Assembly (NCBI GenBank): GCA_025963875.1
Contig: JAOPZY010000033.1
Location: forward strand, 1-63,792
Length of the DNA: 63,792 bases
Source: Actinomycetota bacterium
GTDB taxonomy: Bacteria; Actinomycetota; CADDZG01; JAHWKV01; JAOPZY01
Reading direction: 5' to 3'
Positions 19,702-27,716 of the stretch are shown here, piece after piece. The position numbers and the translations under genes were made by a program. The first letter of the stretch is position 1. Every line of letters begins with the position of its first letter. The notes beneath the pieces were generated by a model, which saw nothing but the letters and a program-made list of their open reading frames with translations, was not told where the DNA came from and ran no database searches.

Positions 19702-19744
19702 GACTGCCGCCTGGCTGTCCGGCCGGCCCGCCTCCTTATGTTGC

Positions 19745-20335
19745 CTATGGTGCGGAGGCCTCCGCAGACTGCAGCGTCCGCAGCTCCATCCGTCCCTTGA
19801 GCTGGGCAAGGTAGCGACCCCGCGTCGGCCCGATGCTGCCGACGGGCATCCCGGTCAGCGCCGAGATCTCCTCGTAGCTGGGCGGCGGGTCGGCGAAGAG
19901 CAGCCGCAGGAGCACCTGCGCCTTCTCGGGCAGGTCGGAGAACGCCTCCCACAGCTCGCCGTCCCGCTCCAGGATGAGGACCCGGCTTTCGGGGGCCACG
20001 GCCGGATCGGCGTCGGGGACCTCGGCAAGGAAGATGTCGTCGCTCGGGACCGCCCGCTGGTTGTGACGGATCAGCCGAAGGCACTCCCGCCCTGCGGTCG
20101 TCGCCAGCCAGGCCCCGGTACGCTCGGGCTCCCGAACCTTGTCGATGTGCTCGGCCAGGCGCAGCCATGTGGTCTGGCTGACGTCGGCGGCGTCGGCCGC
20201 GCTCATGCGGTAGCCCCTGATCACCGACCACACCAGACCCGCGAAGTGGTCGACCAGTCCGGACCATGCCCCCTCGTCACCTCCGGCCGCTGCTGCGACC
20301 AGTGCCGCCACCCGTTTCGCTTCGTCGCTTTCCAT
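19745..20335 (-). CDS. ECF-type sigma-70 family RNA polymerase sigma factor
   Basis: 196 aa. Region 2 (LVWSVIRGYRMSAADAADVSQTTWLRL) and region 4 (SYEEISALTGMPVGSIGPTRGRYL). Divergent from the kinase N-terminal fragment. Confidence 0.85.
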   Translation of the reverse strand: MESDEAKRVAALVAAAAGGDEGAWSGLVDHFAGLVWSVIRGYRMSAADAADVSQTTWLRLAEHIDKVREPERTGAWLATTAGRECLRLIRHNQRAVPSDDIFLAEVPDADPAVAPESRVLILERDGELWEAFSDLPEKAQVLLRLLFADPPPSYEEISALTGMPVGSIGPTRGRYLAQLKGRMELRTLQSAEASAP

Positions 20336-20452
20336 GAGAAGAACATTTCAAATTGGACTGCGCGGCGCATCGGGGAAACGCCCTATTTCGCGAACCTGGC
20401 ACTACCTAGTTCGCCGCCCTGCCGGGTGCGGTAGGTCCTCTAAGCTGGGTGC

Positions 20453-21003
20453 ATGACCGAGCAGGTGCTGGGCGGTTTTGTCCTGCACGAGGTTGTTGGG
20501 TGGGGGGCGGTCGGGCAGGTGTACCGGGCGACGGACCCCCGGGGCGGTCAGGTGGCCGTCAAGGTCCTCCGCCCCGAGCTTGCGCACGACCGGGAAGTGG
20601 TGCAGCGGTTCCTGCGGGAGCGGAGCATCCTGGCCGGGATCGACCATCCCCGTGTGGTCAAGGTCCGGGACCTCATCGAGGAATCCGGGACGCTCGCCAT
20701 CGTGACCGACTTCGTCGCAGGCCCGAACCTCCGGGGGTACCTCGCCGGGGCGACGCTGCCGCCGGCCGAGGCGGCGCGCCTGATCATCCAGGTTCTCGAC
20801 GGCCTCACCGCCGTCCACGCCGCGGGCGTGGTGCACCGGGACGTGAAGCCGGAAAACGTCCTCGTCGACACCACGGTGACCCCGTCGCAGGCGCGCCTCA
20901 GCGACTTCGGCATCGCCAGGCTCACCCGCGGTCCCTCCCTCACGCGCCTGACCGGGCTGATCGGCACGCCCGGGTACCTGGCTCCCGAGCTGAGCCAGCG
21001 CGA
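20453..21003 (+). pseudogene. N-terminal fragment of the same Ser/Thr kinase (subdomains I-VIII)
   Basis: GWGAVGQVY, VAVKVL, HRDVKPENVL, DFGIA, GTPGYLAPE. After ...ELSQRE (21003) the frame runs into non-kinase junk to 21469. Confidence 0.8.
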
Positions 21004-21121
21004 AAATTCCACCGCAGGCTCCGAGGCCGTGCAGGGCGCGTTTTGGGTGCCGAATTACTCCGTTCCCAACCAGCCTTCGGCCTTCTCGCGGCGCGAGGGA
21101 GCGGGCGGACGAGCCCCTGGC

Positions 21122-21166
21122 CGGAACTTAGGGCCCCAGCGCGCGCATGCGCGCGCTGGGCTCCTC
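21122..21166. repeat. Nested palindromic repeat, family A copy with a perfect 26-bp palindrome
   Basis: CGGAACTTAGGG-CCCAGCGCGCGCATGCGCGCGCTGGG (palindrome 21135-21160, all 13 pairs checked) -CTCCT. Shares GAACTTAGG and CAGCGCGCG..ATG..GCGCG with the copies at 50636 and 50738. Confidence 0.85.
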
Positions 21167-21255
21167 ACCTTTCTCCTCCCCTGGCTGGCGCGCGGCCCCG
21201 GCCCCCGCGAGGCTCCGGCTGGACAGCCGGGGCTGCGGCGGGTAAGAGTCACCGC

Positions 21256-21810
21256 ATGGGCAGACGTCGCAGGCGATGCATCACTCCGTTGGGCGCCATC
21301 GTGCGGGGCGCCGTGGCCGGGGCCGCCGGGACGGCCGCCATGGACACCGCCCAGTACGTGCAGTACCGCCTCGGCGGCGGTACCGAGCCGTTCGCGGCGT
21401 GGGAGACCTCGAAGAGTCTGGACAACTGGGAGTCGGCCCCCGCCCCCGCCAAGGTCGCCAAGCGGCTGATCGAAGGCCTCACGCAACGGGAGTTGAAGGC
21501 CGACAAGGCGCGGCTGGCCAACAACGCGACGCACTGGGCCACCGGGATCGGCTGGGGGGCCGCCTACGGCGTGCTCGCCGGGTCGCTGCCCGCACGCAAG
21601 GTCCGCTACGGCCTGCTCTGGGGCCCGGTCGTGTGGGCCTCGAGCTACGTGGTGCTGCCCGCCCTCGGCCTCTACAAGCCGATCTGGGAGTACGACGCCA
21701 CGACCCTCGCCAAGGACCTCGGCGTCCACCTGGTCTACGGACTCACCACCGCTACCGCCTTCCGGGTGCTCGCCGGCCCAGCAGGCAGTCCGGGTCAGGA
21801 CGCCCACTGA
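21256..21810 (+). CDS. Hypothetical membrane protein (184 aa)
   Basis: ATG 21256 within ORF 20449..21810. Several hydrophobic segments (WATGIGWGAAYGVLAG, LLWGPVVWASSYVVLPAL). Confidence 0.55.
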   Translation: MGRRRRRCITPLGAIVRGAVAGAAGTAAMDTAQYVQYRLGGGTEPFAAWETSKSLDNWESAPAPAKVAKRLIEGLTQRELKADKARLANNATHWATGIGWGAAYGVLAGSLPARKVRYGLLWGPVVWASSYVVLPALGLYKPIWEYDATTLAKDLGVHLVYGLTTATAFRVLAGPAGSPGQDAH

Positions 21811-22325
21811 AACGTCTGGAGCATCCGGTCGTAGTTCGGGTGGGGATCCTCAGGTTTCGACGTGCCGCCGAACAGCACGTAGAACCTGTTGTCGCGGAAG
21901 ACCGCCCGTGAACGGAAGGACGCCCCGGAGCGGGTGATCACCGCGTCCTCCGCCGGGTGCCCCGCAACGGTCGCCGTCACCCTCGACGACACCGACCCCG
22001 AGAAGTCCACGGCCTCGGCGTCCATGGCCGCGTCAAGCGCCTTCTGGACGTCGCCGGCGGCCGGGGCGGTCGCACTGTGCGTGAACACCACACCGATGTC
22101 TTCGCCGTTGGTCGCCGCCTCGTAGGTGATGACGTCGACGGACGCTCCCGAGGGCGTCGCCGTCTTGACCAACCGCTTCGGCGTCACCGGGAAGACGGCC
22201 CGGAAGTCCGCATCCTTCGCGCTGAACGTCACCGGAGGCGGCGTGGTCCTGCCGCACCCGGCAAGCCTTCCCGAGGCGAGCGCGGCGAGCGCAAGGGCAA
22301 GAACGGCACCGGTCCGTCTGGTCAT
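21795..22325 (-). CDS. Lipoprotein of unknown function
   Basis: Internal ATG 22325. Signal peptide with lipobox MTRRTGAVLALALAALASGRLAGC. Confidence 0.65.
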   Translation of the reverse strand: MTRRTGAVLALALAALASGRLAGCGRTTPPPVTFSAKDADFRAVFPVTPKRLVKTATPSGASVDVITYEAATNGEDIGVVFTHSATAPAAGDVQKALDAAMDAEAVDFSGSVSSRVTATVAGHPAEDAVITRSGASFRSRAVFRDNRFYVLFGGTSKPEDPHPNYDRMLQTFQWAS

Positions 22326-22335
22326 GCCGGGCAGA

Positions 22336-23268
22336 CTACGACAGTTTGCCCGCCGCACCCCGGCGCCCGCGCAGGAAATCGGCCCCCGGCATCCGCCGGC
22401 CGCCCTCGGGCTGGACCTCCTCCAGGGTGAGAGCACCCTCGCCCGTCGCCACCACGAACGACCCGCCGGCACCACCGGCAAACGATCCCGGTGCCCCGCC
22501 CCCGGGCTCCCCGGCCACCCGTGCCCGCCACACCTTGAGGCGGCGGCCGTCGAGGGTGGTCCAGGCCCCCGGCCGGGGGCTGAAGGCACGCACGCGATCG
22601 ACGATCGACGGCCCCGGCTGGCCCCAGTCGATGCGGGCATCCTCGGGCGTGACCTTCCCGGCGTAGGTCGCCTGCGAGCCGTCCTGGGGCCGGGCCTCGA
22701 TGGTCCCGGCCTCCAGGCGGTCCAGGACCGAGACGAGCAGGCCGCCCCCGGCGACGGCCAGGCGGGCCTCGAGCGAGCCGGTGTCGTCGTCGGGCCAGAT
22801 GGGTTCCTCGATGGCGTCCAGGATAGGCCCGGTGTCGAGGCCGGGGTCCATCTGCATGATGGTCACCCCGGAGACCGGCAGGCCGGCGAGCACCGCTGCC
22901 GCCACCGGCGCCGCCCCCCGGAAGGCCGGCAGCAGCGAGAAGTGGACGTTGACGCAGCCGAGCGGGGGCTGGTCGAGGACGGCCGGCGGCAGGATCAGTC
23001 CGTAGGCACAGACGACGAAGACGTCGGCTCCGGCGGCGGCGAGCTCGGCCTGCGCCTCGGGCGTCCGCAGGGAGGGGGGCTGGAGGACGGGGATGCCGGC
23101 AGCCAGCGCCCGCTGCTTGACGGGGGAGGCGGCCAGCTCCATCCCCCTGCCCCTGGGCCGGTCGGGGGCGGTGACCACCGCCTTCACCGAGTGGTGGGAG
23201 TCCAGCAGGCGCTCAAGGCTCGGAACGGCAGCCTCCGGCGACCCGAAGAAGACGGTCGTGAGGGACAT
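22336..23268 (-). CDS. fmt: Methionyl-tRNA formyltransferase
   Basis: 310 aa. FFGSPEAAVPSL, HFSLLPAFRGAAP, C-terminal domain present. Confidence 0.95.
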   Translation of the reverse strand: MSLTTVFFGSPEAAVPSLERLLDSHHSVKAVVTAPDRPRGRGMELAASPVKQRALAAGIPVLQPPSLRTPEAQAELAAAGADVFVVCAYGLILPPAVLDQPPLGCVNVHFSLLPAFRGAAPVAAAVLAGLPVSGVTIMQMDPGLDTGPILDAIEEPIWPDDDTGSLEARLAVAGGGLLVSVLDRLEAGTIEARPQDGSQATYAGKVTPEDARIDWGQPGPSIVDRVRAFSPRPGAWTTLDGRRLKVWRARVAGEPGGGAPGSFAGGAGGSFVVATGEGALTLEEVQPEGGRRMPGADFLRGRRGAAGKLS

Positions 23269-23316
23269 TGGTCAGCCCAGCGTGGGCACCGGCCCTCGGC
23301 CGCTCAAGAGGGGGTC

Positions 23317-23835
23317 CTACAGGGCCGAAACGGGTTCGGGGAGGACGCCGCTCAGGGCCTGCTCGCGCAGGCGCCGCCTGGCCTCGCGTTGGAGGTCGGG
23401 GTGGATACGGTCGATGAACAGCACCCCGTCGAGGTGGTCGATCTCGTGCTGGAAGATGCGGGCCAGCCAGTCTTCCATCACCATCTCGACCCGGTCGCCG
23501 CGGTCGTTCATGCCGATGGCCTTCACCCACTCCGCCCGCGACACGGGATAGCTGAGGCCGGGCAGCGACAGGCACCCCTCGTCGGCCTCGGCCTTGCCGT
23601 GCTGCTCGACGATGGCCGGGTTGGCCAGCGCCCCCTCCGAGCCTTCATACGTCCAGACGAACACGCGCCGGGGAACGCCGATCTGCGGCGCCGCCAGCCC
23701 GACGCCCGGAGCGGCGATCACCGTGTCGCGCATGTCGCGCATCAGCTTGCGCATCGCGTCGTCGGGGGCCCCCACCTCGGCGGCCCTCCGCCGCAGCACG
23801 GGGTCTCCAAACGTCCGGATCGGCAAGACCGCCAT
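23317..23835 (-). CDS. def: Peptide deformylase
   Basis: Internal ATG 23835. Motifs GVGLAAPQIG, EGCLSLPG, QHEIDHLDG. Confidence 0.95.
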   Translation of the reverse strand: MAVLPIRTFGDPVLRRRAAEVGAPDDAMRKLMRDMRDTVIAAPGVGLAAPQIGVPRRVFVWTYEGSEGALANPAIVEQHGKAEADEGCLSLPGLSYPVSRAEWVKAIGMNDRGDRVEMVMEDWLARIFQHEIDHLDGVLFIDRIHPDLQREARRRLREQALSGVLPEPVSAL

Positions 23836-23837
23836 CG

Positions 23838-25538
23838 TCACCACTCCCTCGGGTCCATCTCCACGAGCAGCCGCTCGCCGGCCGACGCCACGATCGCCCG
23901 CAGCGGATCGAGGACCGGCTCCCGGTCGCCCACCTTCAACAGTACCTCCGCCCCCAGGCGGCCCTCCACGGGGCCGAGCAGCTCGGTTCCCGGCAGCTCC
24001 GCCAAGCGGTCGAGGACCTCGTCGCCGATCTCCTGGCGCACCGCGCGGACGCGGATGAGCGTGGAGAACGGTGGGACCTCGCTCGCCCGACGCGCCTCCA
24101 GCTCGTGGCGGGCGAAGAAATGATAGTCGCCCCGGACCACGGCCTGGACCACGTGGTGGCCCGGCGTGTCCGTCTCCAGCAGCAGGCGGGGGCGCGACGG
24201 GGCTCTCGCCAGCAGGCACGCCAGCTCCCACAGGGTGGCGAACGCCTCCTCCGCCGCCCGGCCGGTCGGCCGGTGGATCATCGAGTCCACACCCAGGGCG
24301 ACGGCGGCGCCGACCGCGGGGCGCTCGACGTCGGCCAGGGCGCCCTCGGTGGCGACGATGATCTCGGCCGTCAGCGCCCGTTCCAGGTCGCCCGCGCCCG
24401 ACACCGCTCCCGGGTCGGCCCGGGCGATGCGGGCCTGGGGCGCGACCTTGCGGAGGTAGGCCGCCACCTCCGCCGGCCCTGGGCCGGACGGCGTCGCCGC
24501 AAGGCGCGGGACGAGGACCAGCACCCGCTCCCCCGCCTTGCGTGCGGCCAGGACGGCCGCGACGGCACGCCGGGGCATTGCGGTGCGCCCGGCCTCGACG
24601 AGCTCGACCACCGGCCACACCGCGCGCATCGACTCCCGGGGCGGCTCGACCATCGACCATCGCCCGGACTGCGCACGGTGCAGCGACCGCAGGCTGGGCG
24701 CCTCGGCGGCGAGCACGAGGTCGGCGCCGGAGGCCGAGGCCCGCGCCTCGGCCACCTCCCGGGCATCGTAGTAGGGAGAGCGCTGCTCCTTGAGCGTCCG
24801 GTCCGCCTCGGAGTGGACGATGACCAGCCCCAGCGCGAACGCGGGGACCAGGGCGGCCGTGCGGCCCCCGAGCACGACCCGTCGCTTTCCCCTGGCGATG
24901 TCCCACAACGCCCGGGACCGCTCGGCCGGCTCCTGGGCGCTGTGCACGACCGCCGCCTCCTCGCCGAAGGCCTCCCGCAGCCGCTCCAGCACGAGCGAAC
25001 CCTCACGGATCTCGGGGAGGACGACGATCACCCCCCTGCCCTCGGCCAGGGCCCGCCGGATCATGCCGGCGTAGAGGGCAGCCGGATCCTCCCGAGGGCC
25101 GAGGCGTCGAAGGGTCCGCGTGCCGCCCGTCTCGCCGCCTCGCCGCGGCGGCGTGGCGGGGGACCCCCTGGCGCGTCCGAGCATCTGCGGCGGGGTCACC
25201 AGGTGCAGGAACGACGAGAGGGGGTGGACGTAGCGCCGGGCCATCGCATAGGCCGTCCCCAGCAGCCCCACGTCGAACACGGGGGCCGGCCCAGAAACGC
25301 CGGCCAGGTCCACGAGGCCGTCGCCCGTATCGCCGTCCCCGACCTCCGGCCCTGGCGAGACGGCAAGGACCCAGCCCCGCACACGGCGCCCCCGCAGCGG
25401 CGCCCGGACGATCATCCCGGGGACGACCCGGCCCGCAAGGGCCTCGGGGATCCGGTACGTCAGCGGGCGGTCCAGGCCCCAGATGGGCAGGTCGAGGATG
25501 ACCTCCGCCCGGAGAGGCCCCCCCGAGGCGCCCGGCAG
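23838..25538 (-). CDS. priA: Primosomal protein N' (PriA helicase); start unresolved
   Basis: N-terminal LRAEVILDLPIWGLDRPLTYRIPE, helicase body. No ATG/GTG/TTG lies between the metK stop (25540) and the conserved N-terminus; in-frame CTG at 25538. Confidence 0.8.
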   Translation of the reverse strand: MPGASGGPLRAEVILDLPIWGLDRPLTYRIPEALAGRVVPGMIVRAPLRGRRVRGWVLAVSPGPEVGDGDTGDGLVDLAGVSGPAPVFDVGLLGTAYAMARRYVHPLSSFLHLVTPPQMLGRARGSPATPPRRGGETGGTRTLRRLGPREDPAALYAGMIRRALAEGRGVIVVLPEIREGSLVLERLREAFGEEAAVVHSAQEPAERSRALWDIARGKRRVVLGGRTAALVPAFALGLVIVHSEADRTLKEQRSPYYDAREVAEARASASGADLVLAAEAPSLRSLHRAQSGRWSMVEPPRESMRAVWPVVELVEAGRTAMPRRAVAAVLAARKAGERVLVLVPRLAATPSGPGPAEVAAYLRKVAPQARIARADPGAVSGAGDLERALTAEIIVATEGALADVERPAVGAAVALGVDSMIHRPTGRAAEEAFATLWELACLLARAPSRPRLLLETDTPGHHVVQAVVRGDYHFFARHELEARRASEVPPFSTLIRVRAVRQEIGDEVLDRLAELPGTELLGPVEGRLGAEVLLKVGDREPVLDPLRAIVASAGERLLVEMDPREW

Positions 25539-25539
25539 G

Positions 25540-26769
25540 TTAGAGGTCTCGGACGGCTGCCGCGATCTTCTCTGCCAGGTCGGTCCGCTCCCAGGAGAAC
25601 CCGTCCTTGTCGGGCCGGCCGAAGTGGCCGTAGGAGCTCGTGGCCTTGTAGATGGGCCGCCGCAGGTCGAGGTTGTGGATGATCGCAGCCGGCCGGAAGT
25701 CGAAGAACTCCTGGACGAAGGCCTCCAGCTTCTGGGGGTCGACCCTGGCCGTGCCCCGGTCCTCGAGCGACACCGACACGGGGTGGGCGACGCCGATGGC
25801 GTAGGCAAGGCGGATCTCGCAGCGGTCCACGACACCGGAGGCGACCAGGTTCTTGGCGGCGTAGCGAGCCATGTACGCAGCCGAGCGGTCCACCTTCGTG
25901 GGGTCCTTGCCCGAGAAGGCGCCGCCGCCGTGGGCGCACATGCCCCCGTACGTGTCGACGATGATCTTGCGGCCGGTGAGCCCGGTGTCGGCCATGGGGC
26001 CCCCGACCTCGAAGCGGCCGGTGGGGTTCACGAGGAAGCGGATGTCGTCGGACCACAACACCTCGGGGACGGTTGGCTTGACGACGTACTCCAGAAGGTC
26101 GGGCTTCAGGAGCGTCTCGATATCCACCTCGGGCTGGTGCTGCGCCGAGATCAGGATGGTGTCGATGCCGACGGGCCTGCCGTCCTCGTACTCGACGGTG
26201 ACCTGCGTCTTGCCATCGGGGCGGAGGTAGGGGATCTGGCCGCTCTTGCGGCCCTCGGCGAGCTTCTCCGCCATCCGGTGCGCCAGCCAGATCGGCAGCG
26301 GCATGAGGGCGGTGTCGATGTCGTCGCGTTCGTTGGAGGCGTAGCCGAACATCATGCCCTGGTCGCCTGCACCCACCTTGTCGAAGTCGTCCTGGGCGAT
26401 GCCGCCTGCGGGCCCATCGCCACTCCGCTGCTCCAGGGCGGTGTCCACCCCCTGGGCGATGTCGGGGGACTGCTCCTGGATGGAGGTGATGACGCCGCAC
26501 GTCTCGGCGTCGAAGCCGAACTTGGCCCGGGTGTAGCCGACGGACTTGACCTCGTTGCGGACAATGGTCGGGACGTCCACGTAGGTGTTCGTGGAGATCT
26601 CGCCGGCCACCATGACGACGCCGGTGGTGACGAAGGTCTCGCAGGCCACCCGGCCGTACGGGTCGGACGCCAGGATGCCGTCCAGGACCGCGTCGGAGAT
26701 GCGGTCGGCCAGCTTGTCGGGATGGCCCTCGGTAACGGACTCAGACGTGAACAGGTAACGCCTCGGCAT
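25540..26769 (-). CDS. metK: S-adenosylmethionine synthase
   Basis: [26 protein letters not shown]..., [34 protein letters not shown] upstream of ATG 26769. Confidence 0.95.
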   Translation of the reverse strand: MPRRYLFTSESVTEGHPDKLADRISDAVLDGILASDPYGRVACETFVTTGVVMVAGEISTNTYVDVPTIVRNEVKSVGYTRAKFGFDAETCGVITSIQEQSPDIAQGVDTALEQRSGDGPAGGIAQDDFDKVGAGDQGMMFGYASNERDDIDTALMPLPIWLAHRMAEKLAEGRKSGQIPYLRPDGKTQVTVEYEDGRPVGIDTILISAQHQPEVDIETLLKPDLLEYVVKPTVPEVLWSDDIRFLVNPTGRFEVGGPMADTGLTGRKIIVDTYGGMCAHGGGAFSGKDPTKVDRSAAYMARYAAKNLVASGVVDRCEIRLAYAIGVAHPVSVSLEDRGTARVDPQKLEAFVQEFFDFRPAAIIHNLDLRRPIYKATSSYGHFGRPDKDGFSWERTDLAEKIAAAVRDL

Positions 26770-26848
26770 TCGTCCTCCAATCCACCCGCGTGGGTGTGGG
26801 GTTTGTGGCTCCGGCGTTCGAGTGCTCCGTGCCGTGCCTGTGAAGCCG

Positions 26849-26854
26849 ATTATA
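26849..26854 (-). promoter_or_regulatory. Candidate -10 box (TATAAT) for metK
   Basis: Perfect TATAAT on the minus strand, about 80 nt upstream of the metK ATG. No convincing -35. Confidence 0.3.
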
Positions 26855-26908
26855 GGCGGGGAGGGTGTGGATTTCGGTGAGGGAGCATTTCGGCGCCCGA
26901 GGCGCCCC

Positions 26909-27673
26909 TCAAGGCGCCGGATCCGCTTCCTGTTGGACCGCGACCTCGTCGACCCGGCACCGGTTGCCGTCGATCTCCACCAGCCAGATGCCCAGCGGAG
27001 CGTGGGCCGGGAGGTCAAGGTCCACCACGGCGGCCCGGACCGGCCCCGACCAGGGATTGGTCCCGCCCGCGGCACCGGGGCGGACGATCACCGCATCCCC
27101 GGCGACCCTCACGTCGCGGCTGTGGAGGTGGCCGCAGAGCATCAGCCGGACGCCGGGCGGAATCTCAGAGACCATCCGCTCGCTGTGCACGGCGATGACG
27201 TACGGATCCCCGCGGGGCGGCCGGACCTCCGCCGCGGCCTCCCTGGCCAGCTCCCGGTTGTGGGCGGCGCCGAACAGCACGGTGCGGTTGGGGTCGGGAT
27301 AGCCCCACACCCGAACCCCGGCCACCGTGACGAGCCTCGGTTCCGAGAGGACCTCGGCCCCCAGCCGGCGCATGCAGCGCTGCGTGAGGTCCGAATCGTG
27401 GTTGCCGGGTGCGAAGACCACCGGGGCGGGCCACCGGGTCAGGGCGGAAAGGAGCGTCCATTCCACCGGCCCGCCGAGCCCGGAGAGATCGCCCGTCGTG
27501 ACGATCAGGCGCACGGTCATCGTCCGGCAGAGGGCCGAGACGAGCCGGAACGCTGCCGGGCGGTTGTGGAGGTCCGTCACGTGGAGGATCCGCGTCCCGC
27601 GGGGTTGGCCGCAGCCGTCGGCGACAAGCCGTGCCATCCGAGCCATGGTCACCTCGGCATTTTGCCCAGCCAT
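26909..27673 (-). CDS. Metallophosphoesterase (calcineurin-like)
   Basis: [28 protein letters not shown] motifs. Start ATG 27673 or 27646/27637. Confidence 0.8.
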   Translation of the reverse strand: MAGQNAEVTMARMARLVADGCGQPRGTRILHVTDLHNRPAAFRLVSALCRTMTVRLIVTTGDLSGLGGPVEWTLLSALTRWPAPVVFAPGNHDSDLTQRCMRRLGAEVLSEPRLVTVAGVRVWGYPDPNRTVLFGAAHNRELAREAAAEVRPPRGDPYVIAVHSERMVSEIPPGVRLMLCGHLHSRDVRVAGDAVIVRPGAAGGTNPWSGPVRAAVVDLDLPAHAPLGIWLVEIDGNRCRVDEVAVQQEADPAP

Positions 27674-27716
27674 CCCGGTGGTACCCTCGACCGGCAACCT
27701 GACGGCGAAGGGGGGA

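Noticed and set aside
19643-19744. AAGGAGG (19737-19731) and an open frame directly after the ECF sigma stop, suggesting an anti-sigma factor or a legitimate start for the kinase C-fragment.
   Set aside because: No ATG/GTG/TTG occurs in that frame before ATG 19597. The translated stretch (GGGPAGQPGGSQSGST..) is low-complexity and runs straight into mid-kinase sequence.
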